In this document: positions 50,901 to 60,027 of the stretch, one piece after another
Layout of the letters: each line of letters opens with the position of its first letter
Numbering within the stretch: the stretch's first letter is position 1
Source: Promethearchaeia archaeon
GTDB taxonomy: Archaea; Asgardarchaeota; Lokiarchaeia; Sigyniarchaeales; SOKP01
Assembly (NCBI GenBank): GCA_029856145.1
Contig: JAHQWK010000001.1
Span: 96,001 to 160,000, forward strand
Direction of reading: 5' to 3'
DNA: 64,000 bases
Made by a program: the position numbers and the translations under genes
The notes under the pieces: model-generated
What the model was told of the DNA's origin: nothing
What the model saw: only the letters and a program-made list of their open reading frames with translations
Databases searched by the model: none

Positions 50901-51515
50901 ATGTTAAGTAAAAAATTTTCACGGAATAAACAAGAAAAAATTAACCGGATTTATGATACATTTTTTAACTTAATCTTAAAACAGGGATATCACAAAACAA
51001 GCACAAATCATGTTGCAAAATCAGCTAAGATTAGTATTGGTACGATTTATAAATATTTTCCGAAAGGGAAAGAAGATATTATAAGAAAATATTTTGAAGA
51101 ATCGATGGAAACTTTTTTGGATAGTCAGGATCTAAGTAACATGACTGATGAAAATATAAGAGTTTTTCTTAATCATTTTGTTTTAGATTTATTTAAGAAT
51201 CACGAGGAAAATAAAGGATATAATATAGCTTTTAGGTCTGCTATACAATCTGATCAAAAATTGCATGAAGCACACAAGGAGAAGATTTTTATTTTTTTTA
51301 AAGGTACAGCGCAGAAATTAAGGAAGATAAATAAAAACTTTAACCAGATACCTGAGGAAAGATTGGTTGAAACATTTATCTTTATTTATAATCTTATCAA
51401 TGCGATTTTATATCATCATTTATCTATAATGGAATTATTTGATACAGATGATAAGCTAGTTGATTATCTTACAAATTTAGTAGTTTTTTCATTGGAATAT
51501 TTACTTCAAAATTAA
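50901..51515 (+). CDS. TetR/AcrR-family regulator
   Basis: GYHKTSTNHVAKSAKISIGTIYKYFP; start moved to ATG 50901 because the longer ORF runs through the palindrome. Confidence 0.9.
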   Translation: MLSKKFSRNKQEKINRIYDTFFNLILKQGYHKTSTNHVAKSAKISIGTIYKYFPKGKEDIIRKYFEESMETFLDSQDLSNMTDENIRVFLNHFVLDLFKNHEENKGYNIAFRSAIQSDQKLHEAHKEKIFIFFKGTAQKLRKINKNFNQIPEERLVETFIFIYNLINAILYHHLSIMELFDTDDKLVDYLTNLVVFSLEYLLQN

Positions 51516-51536
51516 AGATATACTAAAAAATAGTTT

Positions 51537-51668
51537 CTATGATTTTTCTTCTTTTTCCATCATTTTAATAATTTCTTCTGGAAGTTCTCCTTTATTTTTC
51601 ATACGGTTTAACATATCTTTTACTTCAGAGATGGTGTTTCCATAAATATGTAAAGAATTGCTAAAATC
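51537..51668 (-). pseudogene. Duplicated thyA 3' end fragment
   Basis: DFSNSLHIYGNTISEVKDMLNRMKNKGELPEEIIKMMEKEEKS*; 35 of 40 aa identical to the 54641-54763 tail. Confidence 0.9.
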
Positions 51669-51832
51669 TTTTAAAGTTTCTTCATTTTGTGTTAAGAGAT
51701 TTTTCTATATCTTCCCAGAGCCCTGATAAATAAATTGAACCAAGAGTAAGATCATATAACCCGTATCCAGGGTGTCTTTTTTCCCCCAAATCATTCTTCC
51801 CGGATTAAATTTATATTTTAAACAATCTTTAT

Positions 51833-53134
51833 TTAAATATTTCCTTGTTTGATTATATTTGATATATTTAATGAATCTAAATCCTTTTCTACTCTTATAT
51901 AGCGTTTTTCAATTTGATTTTTTTTGACATATTTGTCTATTATCTTTAGAACCATTTCTCTATCAATATTTCTGTTTACTGCTTTTTCTACTGGAACTAG
52001 CTTTTTAAGTAGAATTGATAGACTAATTTCTTTAAATTTTGCAATATTGTTGATGATATTCTTTTCTATGACATTAGGAATATTGATATTTTCAAATGAC
52101 TTGCAATCAATTTTACATATGAATATTATTTTTTCATCTTCAGACAAATTTTTAATAAAATTTGTAGTTATCTGTGGTGGTTTACTTCCATCTTCATAAC
52201 CAAGGAATTTTTTCATAATCAAATAATCAAAAACTTCATTAATTCCTTCACCAGTTAGAGCAGATGTTTCAAAATAAGCATAATTGTAATTTTTTGCTAA
52301 TTCTAAGGCTTGTTTCTTAATATCCTCTCTATTTTTAACAATATCAATTTTATTCCCTATAATTATAAACGGAATCTCCTTACTAGCAACAAATTGTTGA
52401 GCTTCTTTAATCCAATCCTTAAGTTTTATAAGGGTTTCAAATTTAGAATAGTCGAATAGAATAAGAATTGCATGAGAATATTTATAATAATATCTCCGCA
52501 CTTTTCCAAAGCTTTTTAAGCCTGATAAATCAAATAGATTTAATTTTAGGTTAATATCATTAGTTATCTGTAATTCCTTCTCTATTATTGAAACTCCAAT
52601 TGTAGGGTTATATTTTTCTATAAACACATCCCTTTTATACATTCCCATCAATGCAGTTTTGCCAACAGCTTCAGATCCTATAACAATGATGTTTCTACAA
52701 TTTGTGGTTAAGGCTAAATCATCATTTTGATTTAATTTTGGAGTGATCGAACAAGGATCAAAATTATTCAATATCAGTGATGCTTGATTAGCTATGATAT
52801 GAGAATAAGGTAAGAATTTGTCTAAATGAGAATAAGGACTTCCAATTAAAACAAAAATAGCGTTGGAACTTTTCCCTAATTCTATATAATACAAATGAAA
52901 ATCATCCATAACAAAAGAACCACTACCTAATTCTGTGTTTGTATATATTTTAATTCTATTTAGCGTTTGATCTAGAAGTGTCATTATACCTCCAATTAAA
53001 TCTTCATTGAATTCTTTTACTGACTTTTTTGCTACAATAAAACCATTAAAATCTACAATTAAAGCCGCTGATATATCTGGAACTTCAGTAAGCAAATGGG
53101 CTAGTAAATCCTCTATTATTGGTAATTTGTTCAT
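51833..53134 (-). CDS. Roadblock plus Rab-like small GTPase plus C-terminal wHTH-like fusion
   Basis: N-terminal AALIVDFNGFIV; G1 GSEAVGKT, G2 YNPTIG, G3 DLSG, G4 NKID, G5 ETSA. Confidence 0.88.
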   Translation of the reverse strand: MNKLPIIEDLLAHLLTEVPDISAALIVDFNGFIVAKKSVKEFNEDLIGGIMTLLDQTLNRIKIYTNTELGSGSFVMDDFHLYYIELGKSSNAIFVLIGSPYSHLDKFLPYSHIIANQASLILNNFDPCSITPKLNQNDDLALTTNCRNIIVIGSEAVGKTALMGMYKRDVFIEKYNPTIGVSIIEKELQITNDINLKLNLFDLSGLKSFGKVRRYYYKYSHAILILFDYSKFETLIKLKDWIKEAQQFVASKEIPFIIIGNKIDIVKNREDIKKQALELAKNYNYAYFETSALTGEGINEVFDYLIMKKFLGYEDGSKPPQITTNFIKNLSEDEKIIFICKIDCKSFENINIPNVIEKNIINNIAKFKEISLSILLKKLVPVEKAVNRNIDREMVLKIIDKYVKKNQIEKRYIRVEKDLDSLNISNIIKQGNI

Positions 53135-53341
53135 TTCTTTGATAATTCATTAACACTAATATTCTTAAGAATTAACTCATCCGATTATGATTAATGTTTA
53201 GGAAGAGTTTTTTATATTTAAAAAAATTTACACCTATTTGATAATTTTATTCATTAATATGTGTTTTTAATCTATTTTTTACCTCTGCTTAACCAAAATT
53301 TAACGATTTTTTAGTTTTATAAACATTAAAAAAAAAAAATA

Positions 53342-53839
53342 TTAAATAGTAAAATCCATTTCAATATGACATATTTCAGCAGCTTGAAGTCTATTCTTAG
53401 TAATGTGAGGATCTATGCCCCTAGCATAAGATATCGCTCCTGTTAAAATACCTCCCACTGGACATGCGGTATTTCCTTCGAGATCATAACCTCCTATTCT
53501 TTTTGGACAAATTAAGCATTTTTGAACTACTAATCTAACCTTTTCTTCATCAACATCCACATCTAATTCTTCAGCAAGGTTAATGACACCCATTAGTGCG
53601 TTTATTAATTTTTCATCACTATCACTTACTTTAATAAGCTTTTTGTCTAACATTTCTTTCATTATTTCTCGACCAATCCAGATGCTCAATGCGTCCATTG
53701 CATCTTGTGTAGAAACACTGAATTCTTTGTTTAGGATGAAATCTCTTGTTTTAATTAATCCATATCCTAACCCAATAATTATTTTATTTAGGTAGGTTGG
53801 ATCTGTAGTTATTATATCTCTTTTTTTAAATATTGGTAT
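53342..53839 (-). CDS. V4R/MetOD1-like Cys-containing ligand-binding protein
   Basis: CLICP...CPVGGIL...CHI; frame open 47 codons upstream of the track's ATG to an ATA preceded by GAGGGGGT. Confidence 0.6.
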   Translation of the reverse strand: MPIFKKRDIITTDPTYLNKIIIGLGYGLIKTRDFILNKEFSVSTQDAMDALSIWIGREIMKEMLDKKLIKVSDSDEKLINALMGVINLAEELDVDVDEEKVRLVVQKCLICPKRIGGYDLEGNTACPVGGILTGAISYARGIDPHITKNRLQAAEICHIEMDFTI

Positions 53840-54422
53840 CTTTTACCCCCTCTTTAGGTAACTCTAAATCTTTAAATTCTATAAAATCTTTCTGAAATTT
53901 TACAATTTGCTTTTTTATAATTCCTTTTTTAATATACTTTTCAGTAACTTTAAGAATTGCATCTTGATCTATTTTTCTATTAATTGCTTTTTCGATATTG
54001 GAAAGCTCCTTAATCAATATAGCAATACTAATCTCTTTGTATTTTGCTATAATCATGATTATTTGTTTCTCAAGAATATTGGGTATATTTTGCTTTTTTA
54101 AAGAATCACAGTTATAATCGCAGGTTAGAATTATTTTTTCTTCAGAAGACATATTAGAGATAAAATCAGAAGTCATAAGCTTTGCCTTAATGTGATTATT
54201 CTCTACTTGGATATTTTTCTTCTCTAAAATGTTAAAAACAGGTTGAACCCCACGGACTTTAAAGTGGGCATCAACATAAGCAATTAATGTCTTTTTACAG
54301 TGTTCTATGACAAAGGGAATGGGATAACTATTAGAACGAGAAACTAGTTCCTTATTAATGTCAAAAATTATAATCTTTTTACAATGCGGACAATTAGCCA
54401 TTATACTAATAGTTTCAGCCAA
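53826..54422 (-). CDS. Zn-binding domain plus wHTH-like domain protein
   Basis: CPHC..HC..IAYVDAHFKVRGVQ; C-terminus homologous to that of the GTPase fusion. Confidence 0.65.
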   Translation of the reverse strand: MAETISIMANCPHCKKIIIFDINKELVSRSNSYPIPFVIEHCKKTLIAYVDAHFKVRGVQPVFNILEKKNIQVENNHIKAKLMTSDFISNMSSEEKIILTCDYNCDSLKKQNIPNILEKQIIMIIAKYKEISIAILIKELSNIEKAINRKIDQDAILKVTEKYIKKGIIKKQIVKFQKDFIEFKDLELPKEGVKDTNI

Positions 54423-54640
54423 AATTGATTACCCTAATTAGTTTTAAAACAATTTAATAAAAAGACTTGCTAAATTATTTGGAGAATTATAAAGATAATA
54501 AAATAAATAGTATATAAATATTATATGTTCATTGTTATTTCTCTTATAAGAGTAATAAAATAATTGGTTCAAACAACTTTTTTCAAAAAAAAAGAATCAT
54601 TTAATATTCTATTAATTCTCAAATGATTAAAAATGAAAGA

Positions 54641-55645
54641 TTATTCATTTTCCATTAATTTAATAACCTCTTCTGGTAGTTCTCCTTTATTTTTCATGCG
54701 AGATATCATATCTTTTACTTCAGAAATAGTATTTCCATAAATATGTAGAGAATTGCTAAAGTCTAGATAATGACCTATATCAACTCCTAATTGATCAGCA
54801 ACAAATTTTTGAATTCTAATCATTCCATTTACATTAGCTTCCCAAGCTCTAAATAAGTCTCTACTTCTCCAAGTTGTTTGCATTATCAATTTTCCTTCTT
54901 TTATACGCATATAAATTCTTTGTAAACAAGGAGGATCAATGTGAAAAGGATCAACTAACGGTCTCCATGTTATCGCTTGTGCTCTACGGCTATATGGTTT
55001 TTCTTTTAATTTTTGTATAATATAATTGATTTGATTAATTCTCGGAAATTCGAATAGAGCGATTGGAATTTCTTCAATTCCAATTTGTTCTGAAATTTTT
55101 TTATCTAAATCAAATTCAACACCATTTTTCAATTTCCAGATATTAGATTCAGGTGTACTTTTTACCTTGTCAGCTTTTATTAACTTTTGATGTCCTTTCA
55201 CAAACTCATTATTGATAATTTTGAGATCATAATTTTTATGAATCGTATCTTCAAGAGAGAAGGGAGCGTAATTGTAAATTCTATCATGATAAGAGTATGG
55301 AAAACTCACATCAGACTCACTTAATAAATTGTCATTTATCCCATCCATGATTTCTTCAATATATCCACTCTGAATAGAACCGATTAAATATATATCTGCT
55401 AAACAACCATAAACTTCATAAGAATTACCGAATTTCGATCTAATTTTCATGATCTTATCTTTACGCATAATAGGACTACTAAATGGTTCTGTAATCTCTA
55501 TTAAAACCGTAGCGTCTTTTGAAGGTGGGTCTTCCGGCTTATCATATTCAGTTTTAATATCATCACCAAAAAATAATACCTGTCCAACAACAGAAAGCCA
55601 TGCATCTCTAATACTATTTTTAGAAATAAAAAACACTTTAGCCAT
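54641..55645 (-). CDS. thyA: Archaeal-type thymidylate synthase
   Basis: FPYSYHDRI, SRRAQAITW, DPPCLQ, WRSRD..AWEAN, SLHIY. Confidence 0.82.
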   Translation of the reverse strand: MAKVFFISKNSIRDAWLSVVGQVLFFGDDIKTEYDKPEDPPSKDATVLIEITEPFSSPIMRKDKIMKIRSKFGNSYEVYGCLADIYLIGSIQSGYIEEIMDGINDNLLSESDVSFPYSYHDRIYNYAPFSLEDTIHKNYDLKIINNEFVKGHQKLIKADKVKSTPESNIWKLKNGVEFDLDKKISEQIGIEEIPIALFEFPRINQINYIIQKLKEKPYSRRAQAITWRPLVDPFHIDPPCLQRIYMRIKEGKLIMQTTWRSRDLFRAWEANVNGMIRIQKFVADQLGVDIGHYLDFSNSLHIYGNTISEVKDMISRMKNKGELPEEVIKLMENE

Positions 55646-55880
55646 TTTTTGAACAATTCCTTAAGATTTTTTCAGTTTAGAATGATATAGATATTTACTG
55701 TTTACACTATTAGAATTTATTTATTACAAATTTAATAAAATTCTATAGAGTATTATAAATTTTTATATCAGCTTTATCCAAATATTTGAAATAGCTAAAT
55801 TTACATTATTTTATTATAAGAATATACTCACAACTATAAAGAATTATTATACAATATAATTAAAGAGAGTGTTAACCTTC

Positions 55881-56051
55881 ATGGGAGGATTTGGAAAAAA
55901 ATTAAAAAAAGGATTAGCCAAGGCTACTGGAGGACTTGTTGAAAATGTCACAGGTAGTGAGGCTGCTGGTAAAGGTGTGAAAAAAGCAGTTAAAAAAGGT
56001 AGCGTGAAAAAAGGCGTCAAGAAAGCAATTAAAGAAGCAGAAGATGATTAA
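55881..56051 (+). CDS. Small Lys/Gly/Ala-rich protein
   Basis: MGGFGKKLKKG...KGVKKAVKK..KGVKKAIKE; purine-rich coding-like island in AT-rich DNA. Confidence 0.6.
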   Translation: MGGFGKKLKKGLAKATGGLVENVTGSEAAGKGVKKAVKKGSVKKGVKKAIKEAEDD

Positions 56052-56169
56052 GTACAAATCATTATTTTAAAACTTCTTTATTCTTTTTATTTTTTATTAA
56101 CATCAAATTTTTAATAATTTAATACCTTTAAATTCTTAAGCTAAGTGAATTGAAGGGTTTGCTTAAAAT

Positions 56170-56460
56170 TTGAAATTAAGTCTTGAATTTTCTCCACCAT
56201 TTAATGAGATAACTAAAAATCTTTTTGAAACACTTGAATTTGATAAAGAACTAACTTTAAATGAATTGATAGAATTTTTTAGACAAAAGTTTGGAGATAG
56301 ATTTACAGATTTAGTTTGGGAAAAGGGAGAGAAGGGAAAATTTAACAAACTTCTTTCTATTATTATTAATGGAAGAAGTTATCAACATGATAAATTTTTA
56401 GAAACCAAGCTAAAAGATGGAGACCAAATTGTTTTTATTTATGTTTATTTTGGCGGGTAA
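56170..56460 (+). CDS. MoaD/ThiS/SAMP ubiquitin-like protein
   Basis: IIING..TKLKDGDQI..C-terminal GG. Confidence 0.85.
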   Translation: MKLSLEFSPPFNEITKNLFETLEFDKELTLNELIEFFRQKFGDRFTDLVWEKGEKGKFNKLLSIIINGRSYQHDKFLETKLKDGDQIVFIYVYFGG

Positions 56461-56488
56461 AATCACAAATAATTGATAGATTCTAATT

Positions 56489-57520
56489 TTAGAGTAAAAA
56501 TATTATCCACATAACAAACCCAGTCAACAATGGATTTAATATATTGTCAGAAATATTCTTGGTATAAGCATCTATAAGCATAAATAATAAAGTAGCAGCA
56601 AAACTCATAATAATAATTTTCTCGATAGCAATAGGCATCCAAGGATGATAGAAAATCGAAATTAGATAAACTATTATAAATGTCGTTAAGCCACCGGCGA
56701 TAAGACCTTCAACAGTCTTTTTTGTATTTGTCCTAAGATTATGTTTTCCATATTTCTTCCCTATAATACAAGCAACTCCATCTGAACCAGTAGTTATTAA
56801 GGCAACAGCAGCAAAAATCGGAAACGGCGCAAAAATGAATGGTGAAAAAGATAAAACTAATGGAATAGAGGCTATAAATGTATGCAATTCATTCTGTTTT
56901 ATATCTAAATACCACTTTTTAGCCCAGTTTGGAAGCATATAATATTTATTTAATCGAGCAAGGTCGGCTACTTGGAACATAAACACAAAACCATAACCAA
57001 CAGTAATTGTTAACCAATAGGAAAAACTATAATTATCTAAACCCCATTGAGTTAAAACACCGAGATCACTAAGGACAGTTCCTAATGTCCAAAAGAAAAA
57101 AATTACAAAACATGTAAAAAGGTGCAGAAATTTACGACCGACTTCAGATTTTAAGTCATCAACCCAATTATTGTCAAATTCTTCACAAAATTTACCATAA
57201 TCTCTATCTGCCATAATCTCAGGATTCGTTTTTGAAATAACAGTATTATATATTAAAGTTATTGCCCATACTCCCATTTCAATTAAAAAAACGACAGAAG
57301 TAAATAACCATAAAAAATTTAATGAATTCTGACTCAAATTAGGTGAATGAGAACGATACATAAATGGATAAATAATTCCCGCCATCAAAAATAATACTGC
57401 AATTAATAGTTCATTGAGAAATAAGTGTTTTTTAATTTTATTTTTTCTATTCTTTATTGTATAAACTAAGGTTAAGATAAAATATCCTACTAAAATTAAG
57501 CTTGTAGGCAAAAAATACAT
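56489..57520 (-). CDS. Phytol/dolichol kinase-like membrane protein
   Basis: EVGRKFLH, SDGVACIIGKKYG, KKTVEG, ISDNILNP. Confidence 0.8.
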   Translation of the reverse strand: MYFLPTSLILVGYFILTLVYTIKNRKNKIKKHLFLNELLIAVLFLMAGIIYPFMYRSHSPNLSQNSLNFLWLFTSVVFLIEMGVWAITLIYNTVISKTNPEIMADRDYGKFCEEFDNNWVDDLKSEVGRKFLHLFTCFVIFFFWTLGTVLSDLGVLTQWGLDNYSFSYWLTITVGYGFVFMFQVADLARLNKYYMLPNWAKKWYLDIKQNELHTFIASIPLVLSFSPFIFAPFPIFAAVALITTGSDGVACIIGKKYGKHNLRTNTKKTVEGLIAGGLTTFIIVYLISIFYHPWMPIAIEKIIIMSFAATLLFMLIDAYTKNISDNILNPLLTGFVMWIIFLL

Positions 57521-57586
57521 ATTGTTAACCTTAAAAGGTGAATGATTTAAATTTTTTCTGCTTCTAAAAGGATCTCAAACTCACAT

Positions 57587-58690
57587 TTAAATCCAGTTTA
57601 TAATAATTGAATAATAATTAAAATCAAAAATGAATCTGATTAATAAATAAGCCACGCTACACCCAATCGGGATTAGAAGATTATCTGATATTTTGATTGG
57701 TTTGTTTGTTAAAATGTCAAATATCAAAAATAAATAAGTAAAGATTAGAGCCCAAAAAACACCAACAAAAAAAAAGCATATCAAAAAGGTGGTTAATAAT
57801 CCGGCTATAGTTCCCTCCCATGTCTTATTTTTATTCCATAATATATAGCTTTTCCCATATCTTATACCAACTTGACTTGACATTAAATCACTAATCGAAC
57901 TAATACCCAATATAGCAAAAAATATCATAGGGGGGCAAGTAAAAGCAGTAAACATTTGGCCAATAGCAAAATATAGATAAGTTCCATAACTTTGTGTTTC
58001 TTCATAAGATAGGTATAGTTTAGGAAAAACATTAAAAGGAAAATTAAGAAAACTAGATTTTCTGGTAATTTCATTAGCAATCATGAATAAACATAAAATA
58101 TAAAAAAAGAAAAATAAAAGATAATAAAACCATCCAAATGAAAAAAGAACATCGCTAATCGAATTTGGTTTATTCAATATTCTGAAGTATACCATAAGCA
58201 TGTTATTTTCTTCAGGAATCATCCCAGCTGAAGTACCAGTAAAGGATTTGACGACAAATAGTCCAATAAACCAAACAATTAGAAGACCTATGAAGATTAA
58301 AACATGATTGAGTTTTCTAAAAGTATCTTTTTTAGCTTTACTCCACATTTTATACTTTTCTTCTACTTTGTTAATTAATTTTGATAAATCTTTGTTAACG
58401 ACTTTTTTAATAAAAAAAGCTACTCCTGTAGAGATTATGATTAATACTGCCACAGTAATTAGTGGAATCCCTAAGACCATAAGCCATAAAGGTACAAAAA
58501 ATGGTTGAAGCCCAATATCTTGATTCATCAATGAAATAAATATTATAAGATGAATAAACACAAAAAATAACGAGCCAATTCCAAAAATATTATTTAGGAT
58601 ATCTGGTTTATACGAAAAATGCATATAAATGAAAATAATAAAGAAAAAAGATAATATAATTAAAAAATACCAAAAAGGAAAGTTTTCCAT
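57587..58690 (-). CDS. Phytol/dolichol kinase-like membrane protein (paralogue)
   Basis: DTFRKLNH, SDLMSSQVGIRYG, KTWEG, ISDNLLIP. Confidence 0.8.
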   Translation of the reverse strand: MENFPFWYFLIILSFFFIIFIYMHFSYKPDILNNIFGIGSLFFVFIHLIIFISLMNQDIGLQPFFVPLWLMVLGIPLITVAVLIIISTGVAFFIKKVVNKDLSKLINKVEEKYKMWSKAKKDTFRKLNHVLIFIGLLIVWFIGLFVVKSFTGTSAGMIPEENNMLMVYFRILNKPNSISDVLFSFGWFYYLLFFFFYILCLFMIANEITRKSSFLNFPFNVFPKLYLSYEETQSYGTYLYFAIGQMFTAFTCPPMIFFAILGISSISDLMSSQVGIRYGKSYILWNKNKTWEGTIAGLLTTFLICFFFVGVFWALIFTYLFLIFDILTNKPIKISDNLLIPIGCSVAYLLIRFIFDFNYYSIIINWI

Positions 58691-58864
58691 AATTTTGATA
58701 GTCGAAAATATAATTAGTATATACTTGGTCTTTAAAATTAATTAAATATATGTTTTATCAACAGAAGAGACATTATTAATTTTGAAATAAACTATATGTA
58801 AAGATTTACTAAAAAAATGATCTTATAATAAGTTAGGTTTCAATTCAAAGAAAATGGAAATAAC

Positions 58865-59482
58865 TTGAAAAAGATTATATTAGCTTCAAAATCCATTGAT
58901 CGAAGTGAAATACTTAAAAGAGCAAAGGTTCCATTTGAAACCTTCATTACAAACATTAATGAAGATATATATAAAGTAAAGATTTCAGATGCACATAACC
59001 TAGTAAAAGAACTCGCAAAAGCAAAAGCATTACTCGCAAAAAAGAATTTCTTGGACGACACTTTAGATGCAATAATTATTGCCGCTGATACTGTAGTAGT
59101 ACTAGATGGAGAAATTATCGGGAAAGCGAAAAATGAAGAAGAAGCATTCAATATTCTTAAAAAATTAAATGGAAGGACTCATGAACTAATAACAGGAATA
59201 GCTATTACTGAAACTAATAATCCAAAAATAATAGACGATACCGTTACTACAAATGTTCAATTTATTAATCTTTTTGACGAAGAACTTAAACTTTATATTA
59301 AAAATGGTGAATGGAAAGGTCGAGCTGGAGCTTATTCAATAAAAGACAAAGCAAGCTTGTTTACAAAAAAAATTAATGGATCGGCATCTAATGTAATTGG
59401 GTTACCTATGAATAAACTGTTTGAAATATTAAGAAAAGAATTTAGCTTTAATTTATTTCAACTTGAAGATTCTGAATTTTAA
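58865..59482 (+). CDS. maf: Maf-family nucleoside triphosphate pyrophosphatase
   Basis: IILASKS..R, AADTVV, GRAGAYSI, NVIGLP. Confidence 0.92.
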   Translation: MKKIILASKSIDRSEILKRAKVPFETFITNINEDIYKVKISDAHNLVKELAKAKALLAKKNFLDDTLDAIIIAADTVVVLDGEIIGKAKNEEEAFNILKKLNGRTHELITGIAITETNNPKIIDDTVTTNVQFINLFDEELKLYIKNGEWKGRAGAYSIKDKASLFTKKINGSASNVIGLPMNKLFEILRKEFSFNLFQLEDSEF

Positions 59483-59484
59483 TC

Positions 59485-59771
59485 ATGGCTAAAATGTATA
59501 TCTGTGTGGGTTCTTTAAATCCAACAAAAATAAATGCTGTCTAATTAGCATTTAGTAGATATAGAATTTTAATGTTTACAAGTTAGTTTTCATAGGAAAA
59601 CTAGCAAACAATAAAAATTTGAAAAATAAGTCGGGAACTATCAGTTTTTTAAGTAAAAATACTATAATAAGAACAGAAATTCTAACCCACGCTGTAATAT
59701 GTGCTTTACTTCCTTTTATCAATACAAAATTGTATAATACTGGTGAAAAGAAAAAGAGTAAAAGTTTTTGA
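59485..59771 (+). pseudogene. Inosine/xanthosine triphosphatase (YjjX/DUF84) pseudogene
   Basis: MAKMYICVGSLNPTKINAV*LAF start with in-frame stop, middle missing, C-terminal KSGTISFLS..RTEILTHAVICALLPF. Confidence 0.75.
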
Positions 59772-59773
59772 GT

Positions 59774-59944
59774 TTATTTTTCTGAAAATTCCTTCCAAGC
59801 TTTTAAATCTTCATAAAATTTTAAGATCTTCTGAAATTTCGAAATTAGATTATTATAATAAACGTGATCAACATATTTTCCTTTAGATAACTCTTTTGCA
59901 GTAGTAATTCCATTCTTATACTGTAATATTTTTTCTTCAATCAC
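59774..59944 (-). CDS. Possible small protein (56 aa)
   Basis: GTG-start frame VIEEKILQYKNG...YEDLKAWKEFSEK*; upstream ATGs are out of frame across an A10 run. Confidence 0.35.
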   Translation of the reverse strand: MIEEKILQYKNGITTAKELSKGKYVDHVYYNNLISKFQKILKFYEDLKAWKEFSEK

Positions 59945-60027
59945 ATTTTTTTTTTAATCATGTTCATATTTAAAATACAAAAATATCACGGTATTATGCA
60001 ATGAAAATCATTGAACTGCTTGAAAAA

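Noticed and set aside
56170-56460. C-terminal GG protein as a eukaryote-like ubiquitin system
   Set aside because: Sequence is MoaD/SAMP-like, with no E1, E2, RING or JAB genes nearby
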